Source: Octopus sinensis (taxonomy: Eukaryota). From it: a DNA stretch of 64,000 nucleotides. The stretch lies in assembly GCF_006345805.1 (NCBI RefSeq), contig NC_043011.1, positions 8,184,001 to 8,248,000 on the forward strand, in the 5' to 3' direction. The position numbers and the translations under genes were made by a program. The notes below the pieces were generated by a model that ran no database searches, was not told the DNA's origin, and saw only the letters and a program-made list of their open reading frames with translations. Positions within the stretch are counted from its first letter, which is position 1; every line of letters starts with the position of its first letter. Shown piece after piece: positions 12,293-25,900 of the stretch.

Positions 12293-13036
12293 TGTATGTC
12301 ATTATTCAGTTTTATTTGAAGGTTTCTTGCCAATAGAGAATGGGCCGGTTTCTAACCTAGATCCAAGGCTCCTTCATTAGAATTCCAACAACATCAACAA
12401 GGTACTTTTGTGTGTATATGTGTATACGTGCAGATTTGTATGTTTTGTTTTATGTATGTATTCCCATGTATACAGTTGCATACCTAGACATGTTCATATA
12501 TACTTATATTATAGACTTCAGGAAAGTTTTACAGATTTTTACGTATGTATGTGTGTATGTATGTATTTGTGTTTTAGTATGTGTACATGTGCGTGTGTGC
12601 GTGTGTGTGTGTGTACGTGCGCGCGCATAGTGTGTGTGTCTGCTTGTGTGTGTATAGTGTGTGTATAGTGGGTTTGTGTATGCGTGTCTGTGTGTATGTG
12701 TGCGTGTGAGTGTGTGTGTACGGTTGTTCGCTACAGGGTGGACTTGAAGCAACGTGATAGGAAGTGTTTTGCCCAAGAAAACTACGAACCACGCAGCTCA
12801 GGGAATTCGAAATTACGATGTTGCGATCGCGTGTGCAAAATCCGAAATTCTAAGTCACTCGCCCTCACTGTTTACAACGGAGCTAGCTTAATTCATGATT
12901 GCTTTATAAGTAGAGCAGTTGATTGGTGAAGGAAATGCCCTGCAGGAGTGATCTCACATGAATAATTCTGTTGGATATTTCTGAAAAGATATCGGGAAAA
13001 GCATGCGCGCGAAGAAGAGAATGTGTGTGTATGAAA

Positions 13037-13094
<58 letters not shown>

Positions 13095-13279
13095 AAGAGA
13101 TAAAGAAAGAGAGAGAGAGAGAGTGTGTGTGAAACAGAAAGAAAGAGACAGAGATAGAGATAGAAATAGTCAGACTGACAGAAAGATAGTTACGTAGATA
13201 GACAGATAGATAGAAAGAGGGACACAGAAAGCGAGAGAGAGAGAGAAAGTGAGTGAGAGAGAGAGAGAGAGAGAGAAGT

Positions 13280-13329
<50 letters not shown>

Positions 13330-13759
13330 CCAGTGGAAGAGTATAAATGAAGAGTTTAGTAACTTTGGGGGCTAGGTGTAGGATGCTTTCTTTGAAAGCA
13401 ATAGAAAGGACATTGCTAGAGCCAGTCCCCGAAACGACCTCATTCGCTTGGTGTAGATGTATGCATAGTAGTCTGTTTGGTGGAGTGAAAGCTAAGTAGG
13501 TTCGCCAGAGATCTACCTCGTGAATTCTGTGTGGATTTGTTTGAAAACCAGATAGTAAATGTAGAGGCTTTCTCCAAGGATTGGTGGTTCTGACTGCTCA
13601 CAAAACTGGAATGACTGAGAAGAAGAGGAAACGAGCATGGAGGCCAACCGGTAGATGTCCTTTCAGCTAGAGGCGAAATAGAATCGGCTGCTGTTAGGAA
13701 GCGCAAAAGCTGTGGGGTTTCTGCAACTCATGAAGATATCTTGCACGCACCCGATAGAT

Positions 13760-14254
13760 TAATAATTCTCAACCGGGGTCTATATCAGTGTTTCCCAACC
13801 TATTTCCCCCCAGGCCCTATTAAAACCTTCCAAAAAAATCTATACCCCACAGGTAGGTGGAAACAAAATTTATTTTTAATATTTTACCATAATTATTTAA
13901 TACAAAAGAATCTACCAGTAACTCTGCTGAGTGCAAAAACGTACATTATTGATTAAGAAAATAGTGAACCACTTTAACGAGAACCTTGTGTCTGGCAACT
14001 ACAACTTCACGCTTCACCACATTTTCCCAGGCCCCATCGATGGTGCATTTGCTCCACGTTGGAAATCACTGGTCTATATGATACCTGGGGTTTCATATAA
14101 AATTTTGTTGTTAAAATTTCTGTGCACTCGATCGGTTATAGTTCTACAACAGACAAAATATTTTAACAATTTATAAAAATATAATAGCATTTTTTAAATC
14201 ACCGAATGGCTAAGAGGGTCAATAGGTAAAACAAAAAGTGGTTGAGAACCGCTG
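13760..14254. mobile_element. hAT-type MITE (outer)
   Basis: Right TIR GGTTGAGAACCGCTG. Left TIR decayed, TAATAATTCTCAACC. 8 bp TSD CGATAGAT/CGATAGAG. Confidence 0.7.
13786..14071. mobile_element. hAT/Charlie-type MITE (inner, nested)
   Basis: TIRs CAGTGTTTCCCAAC and GTTGGAAATCACTG. Perfect 8 bp TSD GTCTATAT at 13778-13785 and 14072-14079. Confidence 0.9.
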
Positions 14255-14425
14255 CGATAGAGGGCCATGAAGTAGTAAAGGTGTAGTGTCAGAAATATCT
14301 TGCTTGTCGGGATTGGTTAATATCTCTTCATTAAAATCATATTTAAGCACCAAATAAGCAAAATCTTCGGCCTAGTTTCGCTTCCCAGCCACGCCTAATG
14401 TGAATTGTTATTGGTGTTGCTTAAC

Positions 14426-14647
14426 AAGGCGATGATCTGGCTGAATTGTTAGTGTGCCGGACAAAATGCTGAGCAGTATTTCATCGGGTTCTTTAAGTTC
14501 TGAGCTCAAAGTCTGTCGAGGTCGACTTTGCTTTTCATTTTTTTAGGGTTCGAGAAAACAAGAATCAGTTAAGCACTGGGCTCAAAGTAATTGAGTCGCC
14601 CCTCAACACCCTAAAAATTCAAGGCCTTCTGCTAGAATTTGAAACCA
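14426..14647 (+). mobile_element. SINE family B (Meta-domain-like), diverged
   Basis: GAGGTCGACTTTGCTTTTCAT core shared with the other family B copies. Confidence 0.75.
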
Positions 14648-15755
14648 CTGGTGTCGTTTAACCCAAGGTCAGCTCTGATTAGGCATATTTATTATCAACG
14701 ATGTTTCAGTTGTGACATTACCGCCATCTTGTGTTCTGTTACTCCAGGCATTGTGGGTAATAATATGTGTAACGATGGTGGTTGTCACATGAGTCGTTTA
14801 GTCTGCATCTGTGTGTGTGTGTGTGTGTGTGGTTAGAGTGATGCAAGTAAAATTAAATATTGATGGATGAGAGAGGCCTTCTTACATAAATAACACGCCG
14901 AGAGAACAGAGAGAGAGAGAGATGAAGGGAGGGAGAGAGAGGGAGAAAGAGAGAGACAGAGAGAGGAGAAAGAGGAAGAGAATGAATGATGGAGTGAGTG
15001 AAAGAGACAGAAGGGGTGAGAGAGAGAGAGAGAGAGAGACTGGAAAAGAAAGAGAGAGTAGTAAGTGAGAGACACAGAAAGAGGGACTGAGAGAGACAAG
15101 GAGAGAGTGGTAGAGAGTGAGTGAGTGTGTGTGAGAGAGGAAGAGAACGGCGAACATTCACACACTTATCAATACACCGAAACACACGCACTCACACACA
15201 CACACACACACACACGTTTAACCATGTACACACATATTAATCACACACACTATCACACGCACGTATGCACATATAGCTAAAGAGAACAGCATGACATACG
15301 CACACACACACGGCAAAGAAAGAGACAGAAAAACACGAACACACAGACACAGAGATGTCAGGGATGCTAAGTCAGAAATGAGAAAAATACATACATACAT
15401 ATGTATGCACATACATACATTATATATAATTACACACACACAAACGCACACATGTACACACAGAGACGCGCGCACACAGACACACACACAAACATGTGTA
15501 TATATATGCACAGGACAAGTTATTCATACATACATACGTATGCCAGACACACCAGCTATTAGCAACACATATAAGCACTGACCTATATCTACAAGCAAAG
15601 ACAGGCATGGCTGAATGGCTAAGAAGTCTGGCCCGCAATCATGAAGTCGCGGGATCGATCACCATTCACGGCATCTTGGTCAATTTTTCTTTCTTTCTTT
15701 CTTTTTTTTTAACTTTAATTTCGTTTCGAGTTGAGTCGAATAGAAACGTACCCCC

Positions 15756-15908
15756 AGGCGCAGGAGTAGCAGTGTGGTAAGTAATTTGCTTACCAGCCAC
15801 ATGGTTCTGGGTTCAGCCCCACTCCGTGGAACCTTTGGTAAGTGTTTTCTACTATAGCCTCCAACCGACCGAACCCTTGTGAGTAGACGGAAGCTGAAAG
15901 AAGATCGT

Positions 15909-15970
<62 letters not shown>

Positions 15971-15987
15971 GTATGTATATATATATG

Positions 15988-16021
<34 letters not shown>

Positions 16022-16219
16022 TGTGCGTCGTTGTCCGCCTACCATCGCTTGACAACCGATGCTGCTCTGTTTCCGTCCCCGTAACCTAGCTGCTCGGCAA
16101 AAAGGGACCGATAGAATAAGTACTAGGCTTACAAAGAATGAGTCCTGGGGTAGATTTCTCCGACTAAAGGCGGTGCACCAGCATGGCCACAGTCGAAATG
16201 ACTGAAACAAGTAAAAGAA
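15756..16219 (+). mobile_element. Full-length SINE family A with internal (TA)n/(TATG)n microsatellite
   Basis: Head GGCGCAGGAGTAGCAGTGTGGTAAG..GGTTCAG, internal microsatellite after GAAAGAAG..CGTC, tail GACTGAAACAAGTAAAAGA. Confidence 0.92.
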
Positions 16220-16273
16220 TGTTGGGGGGGGGGGACAAACACAGACACACAAACATATACACATATTTATATA

Positions 16274-17460
16274 TAACTTAGAATAACTTAGAAAGGTTTC
16301 GGCCAGTATTGGCCCAGGCCATGTCTAACTTAATAGCACCACTTGGCGAAGTCTTTCAATTCAGGATTTGGGTACCAAGGACCATTCGAGCAGAGAGTTA
16401 TTGTTTGCGGAGATATATCCGGGTGTGGGTGGTTTGTCCGGGACTGCTTGGAGGATTTTGTCCAAAGACTTCTTGAATTTTGTGTGGTCAGTTTCTGTTT
16501 TGACATATCCTGGAGTAATGTTGAAGAGAGCGGGGCCAATTGAGGTGAAATAATTGTGCTGTATTGTTGTTATGAGATGCGATTTAGATTTTTGTTGTGG
16601 ACGGATGGTACGGGGTCCAAGTCTTGGGTGTATTTTGAAGGTGATGTCAACATCATTTGGACAGTGCTGATGGAATATTTTCCACACCATACAAATAATG
16701 TATCGTTCACGGCGTCGTTGGAGTGAATAGAGTGTCAGCTTTTCTAGTCGACCCCAGCAGTCGAGGTCTGACATGCCATCTGTCTTTTTCGTGATTGACC
16801 TTTAGGGGAGCTTTAAATTTCATAATGTTTTGTTTCGTGTGGGGAGACCACAGTGGACAGCTGTATTCAAGGTAGGGTCGGGCAAAAGTGGAGAAAAGAA
16901 GGATAATGGTGTGAGAATCTCTCGACTGGAAGGTTCTGAGAATCCAGGGACACATTCTGCGGGCCATGTCAACTTTGCTGCTTATATGTGTAGCTCAGCT
17001 TATGTTGTTGTCCACAGTTACTTCCAAGTCTCTGATGTTGTTAGATGCCTTGAGAATTTCACCAGAAGGAAGGGAGTATGGGAGTTTCAGAGCGTCCTCC
17101 CTTCCAAAGTGAATCAGTTCGAATTTGTCTTCGTTTAGCAACATGTTGTTCTTTTCCACCCATTGGACAACAGACGTTGATGATCTTCTGGGGCTTGGTA
17201 TCATCAGCGAAGATTCTGATGTTACTGTGTTTGATGATATCAGTAATGTCATTGATATAGATTGATGAAGAGAAGTGGGCCAACACAGTGCCTTGTGGGA
17301 CACCCCTACTGACTTTGGGTAGGCTGGATTTGACTCCTTCGACTACAACATGTTGGATTCTACTTGACAGGAAGCACTTGATCCACTGCAGCAGCTTTCC
17401 AGTGACACCAATATTGGAGCTTTCTCAAAAGGATCTTATGATCAACCCTGTCAAAGGCCA
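16274..17460 (-). mobile_element. 5'-truncated CR1-clade LINE (RT C-terminal half, frameshifted)
   Basis: Minus strand reads AFDRVDHKILLRKL..GKLLQWIKCFLSSRIQHVVVEG..GVPQGTVL, IRIFADDTK, RPYLEYSCPLWSP and RLEKLTLYSLQRRRERY. 3' tail is (TTCTAAGTTA)2 at 16274-16293. Confidence 0.92.
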
Positions 17461-17735
17461 CGACAGGCTTCTTTCAGTTTCTGTCTACCAGATCCACTGA
17501 CAAGGCTTTGGTCGGCCTAGGCTATAGTAGATTACACCTGCCCAAGGCGGGACTGAACCCGGAAATATGTCGTTGATAAGCAAACTACTTACCACATAGC
17601 CACAGCTGCACTTATATATATGGTCGGCTCGAGGGTAAAGTAGAAGATACTTGCCCAAGTTACCACGCAGTGGGGCTGAACCCAAAACCATGTAGTTTGG
17701 ATGCAAGCTTCTTACCACATAGCCGCGCCTGCGCC
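17460..17735 (-). mobile_element. Two tandem SINE family A heads
   Basis: 17460-17612 and 17620-17735 each match the family A 5' half. Confidence 0.85.
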
Positions 17736-18006
17736 TTTATATATGTATGTAATTGTTATGCGTATGCGTATGTGTGTGTATGTGTGAACGACAGTGAGAA
17801 ACTCAGATTAGCGAATCAAGTAAAGTCAATCATGAATATATATTACTCACCTCCAAGAGTTTCGGTATTTTCGCGCTTAAATGCAATTTACATCAGCATC
17901 AAAGCATCACACACATATGCATCTTTATAGTATATATATATATATATATACATAGATGCATGTATATATGTGTATATATATATATGTATATATATGTGTA
18001 CATATA

Positions 18007-18056
<50 letters not shown>

Positions 18057-18057
18057 T

Positions 18058-19219
18058 ATAAAATAGAACATATGCATATATATAACATATATGTACGTAC
18101 CTACCTCTACATGTACATATACACGCATATATTGTACAGGACACCAAAAAGACGTCGAACACATAGAGAGACGAAAAACATAGACACAAACCAAGGAACA
18201 AGACAAGCAAAAAAAGAGATACAGGACAATAAGCACACAACGAAAAATCCCCTTCTTCAGTCGCTAAGGTTTCATCTACTAAACGTTTCGAAGGATAAAA
18301 GCGAGACGTATACTTCGAAGAAAACTTCCTTCCTGCGAAAAGCAAATCAATTAAAATTCTGAGATCTTTTCGCAGAGGGGTAAAAAAAAGCAAGACGGTA
18401 ACGACAGTACAACATATAAACAGTAAAAAATATATATATAAACAGTGGAAAAATAAATATATAACAGTGAGAGACAGGACAGGGAGAACAGATAAGAAGG
18501 GCTGTTAACGCCAGACGAAAAAAGTATTGCAAACGCTGGATTATAGTGGACGACGAGAGAGAAAAAATGTCGACCAGTAGCCTTAGAAGGCGGGCGAGAA
18601 AAGACAGGATAGCATTTACGACGGAAGTATCGTCGCAGATGGACGACGGGAATGGGGGAGGAGAGCAAGAAGAAGAGAGAGAAGAAGGGGAATGGTGCGA
18701 TGAGACCATGAAGAATGGTGAAAGGGAGAGAGAGAATGAAGAATGAGAGAGAGAGGAAGAGACAAGTTAAGTGAGGAAAAAGACGAAAAAGGAAATGGGG
18801 AGAGAAAGAAAGAAAGATGCAGAGTCGCGTGAGAGTTAATATCAAGGCTAACTTGATAAACAGAACAATCTTACTTAATAGGGTGCGTGCGTTTAGTCGT
18901 ATAATATGTTAATAAAATAGAACATATGCATATATATAAACATATATGTACGTACCTACCTCTACATGTACATATACACGCATATATGTGTACAGGACAC
19001 CAAAAAGACGTCGAACACATAGAGAGACGAAAAACATAGACACAAACCAAGGAACAAGACAAGCAAAAAAAGAGATACAGGACAATAAGCACAACGAAAA
19101 ATCCCCTTGTTCAGTCGCTAAGGTTTCATCTACTAAACGTTTCGAAGGATAAAAGCGAGACGTATACTTCGAAGAAAACTTCCTTCCTGCGAAAAGCAAA
19201 TCAATTAAAATTCTGAGAT
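18058..19219 (-). mobile_element. Non-coding element with about 308 bp direct repeats (18058-18365, 18912-19219); Penelope pseudo-LTR-like (family P2)
   Basis: Near-identical direct repeats with a 546 bp spacer, embedded in (TA)n. No TG..CA ends, PBS or TSD seen. Confidence 0.7.
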
Positions 19220-19346
19220 ATATATATATATATATATACAGATGCATGTATATAGGTATATATGTATATGTATGTGTGTGCGTACATATAAATGTATATA
19301 TGTATATACATGCACGTACGGATACAGGTACATGTGTTTATTTATA

Positions 19347-19381
<35 letters not shown>

Positions 19382-19572
19382 ATATATATATATATATAAT
19401 TAGAGAGAGAGAGAGAGAGAGAGATACTAACTGTGCAGACGTGTCGGTGTGTACATATACACAGACGCATACACATACGCTCGCACGCTCACACACACAT
19501 GCACACGTATAAATGCGCACATATGTGTGTGCGTGTGATGCTGTATGCAACGCGAATGCACAGTACGTAATG

Positions 19573-19607
<35 letters not shown>

Positions 19608-20621
19608 ACCGTTTTTTGCAAACAACCGGCCACAGTGATTGCCGTAGAATGGAGAAGAACGGGAGCGGGGAGCGGGGGGTGGGGCAACTCCGGCAACAGC
19701 AGCAGCAGCAACAAAAATTAAGGCCAACAACAACAACAACAACATCATCAACAGCAAGATGAACTATAACTAAACTAACAACAACAGTAACAAAAACAAA
19801 AAAAAAAGACTAAAAACAGCTAAAATAAACCCAGGCTTCGAAATGTAACTTGGCTGTCTTTTTGTCTTAGTTTTTTCCTACTTGTTTTCTATTTTTTTTC
19901 TTTTTTATAGTTTGCTTTGCTCTTTTCGTCAGCGGGGTGGCTATGGGTGGAGGGCTGGGTGTTGCTGTATTTTTATTTCATGCCTTTTTTTTTCTAAAAA
20001 AACAAAAAATAATAATAAATTCGCTTGTCTTTCTCAACGCTTTATCGTTTCTTTTTTTTTTCTCTAAATTATATTTCTTGTATTTTTTTTTGTGTTTGGT
20101 TTTTACAGTCAATATTTTTTCGACGCTCGATCTGGATTATATCTAACACCTCTTTCAATATATATATACATATATATGTATTTATGTATGTATGTATATG
20201 TATATACACATCTATGTTATTATCATTATTATTATTATAAGGAGTGAGTGGCCTACATTAATGCCAGCGCATGGTTTCTATGGAAATTATAAGGTAAGTG
20301 AACGAAGCTAATTTATCAGAACGTTGCCAAAACTAAAAAGGAACTAAAATAGAAAAAAAATACAATAAAATGAATGAAATGAAATATAAAATAAAAAAAT
20401 AATTACAGTGCAAAATAAAAGTAAAAATATAAAAAATATAAACGGAATGATTACGTAATATTGTAAAGATTATATATATATATATATAAATGTACGTTCT
20501 TATATGATTTTTATTCGGATATAAATGTAGATACTCACTTCTTGATAAAGAGTAAATATATTTATTATATTTTTATTAAATGTAATAGGCATATATACGA
20601 GCATATATATGTGTGTATGTA

Positions 20622-20713
<92 letters not shown>

Positions 20714-21111
20714 GATATATTTATATATGGATAACACACTTCACTATATTTTTATGCCTCAGATATCTCGATAACAACCGCACAAAATAAAACGGACAGC
20801 AGATATGCATGTATTATATACACGCACACACAAACGCACACATGCACACACACACGTGTATATATGTGTGCGTGTGAGTGTGTGCAGATCTCTCTCTCTT
20901 TCTTTCTCTGCATATATATATATATATTTACAATGTATATCCATAAGCCGCGCTTTTCAAGAACTCCGGCGACCACCTTCTTTCACTGTGAGTGAAAGTA
21001 GTCTCGGAATCAAAATGTCTTTCGAACGCTTCCCAACACCCCTTCTGGCAGACCGACTCCGTTTTCATGTATATGTATGAGGGAGGAAAAGGGACAGACA
21101 GACAGACAGAC

Positions 21112-21159
<48 letters not shown>

Positions 21160-21296
21160 GATAGATAGATAGATAGATAGACAAATAGATGGAGAGAGAG
21201 AGAGATAGATAGATTGATAGATAGACAAATAGATAGATAGATTGATAGATAAATAGATAGATAGATAGATAGAGAGAGAGATTGATAGATAGACAA

Positions 21297-21349
<53 letters not shown>

Positions 21350-21576
21350 AAGAGAGAGAGAGGGGGTAAATGGAACTGGAGTCTATATTATTTACTGGTA
21401 TTATATATGTATCACCTCCCAGATTAGTGAAAGCAAATGCTATAGGTGCTGGGATTTGAACTCAAAACGCGATGAAGTGGAGAATGAAAAATCATGCATT
21501 TCGCCGTGTCTAACACTGAAGTGATTCTGCCGAACGACTGGCGAAAATATGAACCGATAAACATATAAACATACCA

Positions 21577-21739
21577 TAGGCTCAGACGGTTAAGTAGCTG
21601 GCTTCCCAACCACATGGTTCCGGGTTCAGTCCTACTGCGTGGCACTTTGGGAAAATGACTTCTGCTATAACCTCGTGCCGACCAGACCAAAGCCTTGTGA
21701 GTGGATTTGGCAGGCGGAAACTAAAAGAAGCTCGTCGTG

Positions 21740-21817
<78 letters not shown>

Positions 21818-21829
21818 CACATACGCACG

Positions 21830-21868
<39 letters not shown>

Positions 21869-22095
21869 ATATACATGTATATGGTTGTGTGACGGTGTTT
21901 GTTTCTCCACCATCGCTTGATAACCGATGGTGGTGTGTTTACGTCCCCAAAACTTGGAGGTTCGGCAAAAAGAGACCGATAGAATAAGTACTAGGTTGAC
22001 AAAGAATACCTTCTGGGGTGGATTTCCTTGACTAAAAGCGGTGCTCCAGCATCGGCGCAGTCAAATGACTAAAACAAGTAAAAGAAACAAAGAAT
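21577..22095 (+). mobile_element. SINE family A, full length
   Basis: Same head, internal microsatellite and tail as 15756-16219. Confidence 0.9.
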
Positions 22096-22143
22096 ACATA
22101 TTTTTCATAATACATAAACACAAAAGCTTACACACATATGTAT

Positions 22144-22176
<33 letters not shown>

Positions 22177-22239
22177 GGTAAAAACGGTAAGATAACAAAA
22201 GAAAGAAAGAGACCTCAATATTTTGTAAATAGAGGAATT

Positions 22240-22365
22240 TATCTGTAAAATAATATGTGACAATTATTCAGTAGCCAAGATAAAACTCTGAGTTTCGGAT
22301 GCCGAGGTGGAAAACTCGGAGTTTTATCTTGGCAATTGAATTATTGCCACATATTATTTTACAGA

Positions 22366-22367
<2 letters not shown>
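22240..22367. repeat. Inverted repeat (about 56 bp arms, 16 nt loop), Penelope-like inverted end
   Basis: 22240-22295 pairs with 22312-22367 with a few mismatches. Confidence 0.88.
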
Positions 22368-22411
<44 letters not shown>

Positions 22412-22627
22412 TATATATATATATATATGTGTGTGGTGTGTGTGTGTCCACGTATATATATATATATATATATAAGTACGTATATGTATTTATATTCAGA
22501 TGAATATGGTACTTATGTTGAGGCACCATAATTTAGTACGGTATTACCCATGCAATTTTCAAAGTAAGGGCATTAAAATCAAATCATAAGCAACAAGAAT
22601 ATCCTTGTTACTTATTTTGACATATGC

Positions 22628-22674
<47 letters not shown>

Positions 22675-22749
22675 AATATATATGTGTATATATACATACA
22701 CATACCACATATACACATACATACACATACACGCACACACATACAGATA

Positions 22750-22790
<41 letters not shown>

Positions 22791-22960
22791 TACATATATA
22801 TATATGATCGATTGGCAAATTCTTCAGATTGGTGACGTATAGTTTCTCTCATGTGAGTTCTTATTTCTAATACAGTCGACGTTCACTTTCCTCTTTCATT
22901 TTTCAAAGGATCGATAAAAATGCACCGACCCAATGATCTCTCTCTCTCTCTCTCTCTCTT

Positions 22961-23003
<43 letters not shown>

Positions 23004-23266
23004 GCCATGGCGTGCAGGATTTTCCGCTGAATCAAGGTGTGAGGCGGGATGGGGTTGAGGTCGAGAGCGTGTCTGTGGCTCGTGACTATCAGGGCACCGA
23101 AAACAATTATCGATAATATGGTATTCTAGCTGAGGACAGACAGACACACACACATATATACACACACACACACACACGCATACACTCACAAACACGCACA
23201 AACACTCACACACAAACACACTCACACACACAAATACTCACATGCATACATGCACGCACACACGTA

Positions 23267-23583
23267 TAGGTGCAGGCGTGGCTGTGTGGCAAGAAGCTTG
23301 CTTCCCAACTAAATGGTTCCGGGTTCAGTCCCACTGCACGGCACCTTAGGCAAGTGTCTTTTCTATAGCCTTGGGCCGACCAAAGCTTTGTGAGTAGATT
23401 TGGTAGACGGAAACTGAAAGAAGCCCATCGTATATATATATATATACATGCATATTTATATGTATATGTATATGTTTGTGTGTCTTTATGAGTGATATAA
23501 TAAGTACTATGTTTACAAAAATAAGTCCTGGGGTCGATTTGTGCAACTAAAGGCGGTGCTGTAGCATGGCCGCATTCAAATGA
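23267..23583 (+). mobile_element. SINE family A, internally deleted
   Basis: Head and tail match family A. Confidence 0.88.
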
Positions 23584-23639
23584 TTACCTTAATGTGTACT
23601 CTGTATTCCGTTGTAATGTTGTTAGTTCACTGATATATA

Positions 23640-23670
<31 letters not shown>

Positions 23671-23849
23671 GTGTGTATGTGTGTGTGTGTGCATACACTT
23701 GTGTGTGCGTGGTGTGTGTGTGTGTGTGTGTGACTCCGTGTGCTTGTGTGTGTATGCTCGTTTGTGCGTGCGCGTGTATGTATCTATATATATATAAACA
23801 CACAGACATATACACACATACATACGTTCATACGCACACACATACATCC

Positions 23850-23880
<31 letters not shown>

Positions 23881-24752
23881 GATAGATAGATAGCTATATA
23901 GTTCACATACATACGTAGATGCATTTACAGAGAGAGAAAAAGAAAAACAGGGAGAGGGCAGAGAAAGAGAAACCTGACTGGGTGTATATGTCACTGTGTC
24001 TACGCATATCTGCGGGTGTATATCTATGTATGTGTACTATGTATATGTACTAGTATATCTATGTATGTGTACTAGTATACGTGTATATCTATCTTTGTGT
24101 ACTAGTATGAATGTATGTATATATATGTACATAAGTATGTATGATTGCATGTGTATAAGTACGTTTTTAGGTACGTATGTATGTATGTATATATATATAT
24201 ATGTGTGTGTTTATATTGACTTTTTATCAAGTGACCTCTATGGGCTTTTGTTGGGCCGACACAAATGCGAAGAGCAACGTTTTTGAATGTCAGTGTACAC
24301 ACAATCACACACAATCAGAGGCAGTCACACACACACACACTCATACAACCGTACTTACAACCATAAAAGTATACTCACACAAACACACATGCACACATAC
24401 ACACCCACATATAGTTTCTGTCTCCCTCACATATTGACACACAGAACTGCTTGTCATACACACACACTTACAAAAACCCACAATCGCAAAACTGTCTTTC
24501 TGTCTGCCTGCCTCCCTCTCTGTCTCATTATCAGTCTCTCTCTCTCTCTCCCTCTCTCTCTCGTACACACATACTCATACCTATACTCTCACAAACTTTG
24601 CTCTACATATACATACCCACGGTCTCTCACTTTTTAGCAGATCGGCGCTCACAAACACTTAGGGACACACACACACACACATGCATATATACATATATAT
24701 ATACATATATATATATACATATATATACACATATACACACACACACACACAT

Positions 24753-24794
<42 letters not shown>

Positions 24795-25493
24795 TATATA
24801 TATATATATATATACCTATATATATATACATATATTTATATATACATACATATATACACACATGCATATATATATATACACGTATATATATATGAACATA
24901 TATATATATACATATATATATATGCATATATATATGTGTATATATATGCATAAACATACATACACACACACCCATATATATATATACATAGGAATATAAT
25001 ACCTATATGTACATATATACATACACACATATATGCATACATACACACAACATACATATATATATGTGTGTATGTATATGTATTTATGTATGTATGCTTT
25101 TATGTATGCATGTATGTATGTATGTATGCATGTATGCATGTATGCATGTATGTATGTATGTATGTATGTATGTATGTATGTATGTATGCATGCATGCATG
25201 CATGTATGTATGTAAGTATGCATGTATGTATGCATGCATGCATGTATGTATGTATGTATGTATGTATGTATGTATGTATGTATGTATGTATGTATGTATG
25301 TGTGTATGTATTTATGTACACAGAGTTAGAGATACACACAGACAGAGTGCAGAAAGAGCGACAGATTTTTATTGCGGTAAATACATATAAAATTATCATT
25401 TGTAGTCTCAAGTTTTCATAACTTGACTTTTTATACACGTACATCTATGTATGCTGGCATATTTGCGCATGCGAATACACACATATATGCATG

Positions 25494-25529
<36 letters not shown>

Positions 25530-25544
25530 ATATATATGAAATAA

Positions 25545-25900
25545 AATACAAAATAGGACAAGAACGCAAAACATCCGGACAACTAGTTGAAACACGGACG
25601 GTTGATTCGAAGCCTTTTATCTTCAGTCAAGAGCCAGATCATCCTCGCAATTTGGGCTGAATAATATTGAGATTGCTCCAATCTGGCCAGCTCCAAGGAA
25701 AAACTAAGCTATGAGCATTAGATTCCTTGGGAAAAGGATCGAATGTATACGAAACAAGGACAGAAAAACGGACGATGTTACCCGAATATAAATATAAAAA
25801 TAATACAAAAAATACAAAAAAACAATAATAACAGGCTATAACAACAGGCGTCTTTCGACTGGGGACGAATTGAATTCAGCTGGCGTGTTGGGAATTGAGC
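25545..25900 (-). mobile_element. Penelope-like repeat family P1 copy
   Basis: Reverse complement aligns by eye with 6480-6800 and 28560-28740. Confidence 0.6.

Larger units (their letters stand above)
13330..14350 (-). mobile_element. Highly decayed LINE ORF2 fragment (CR1/Jockey-like) interrupted by nested hAT MITEs
   Basis: Minus-strand TGSSNVLSIAFKESILHLAPKVTKLF resembles the pre-RT motif ASGPDxIPxxVLKECAxELAPxLTKLF. PFTTSWPSIGCVQDI reads across the MITE empty site and resembles the PWFS motif. Confidence 0.45.

Noticed and set aside
19659-19762. ATG-initiated poly-Q/poly-T ORF
   Set aside because: Short, low complexity, with no splice or homology support.
20240-20299. Candidate exon ending at the consensus donor AAG|GTAAGT
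   Set aside because: No convincing acceptor or recognisable peptide.
22497-22550. CAGATGA followed by an ATATGGT/ACCATA hairpin, hammerhead-like
   Set aside because: The GAAA half is missing, so it is too decayed to call.
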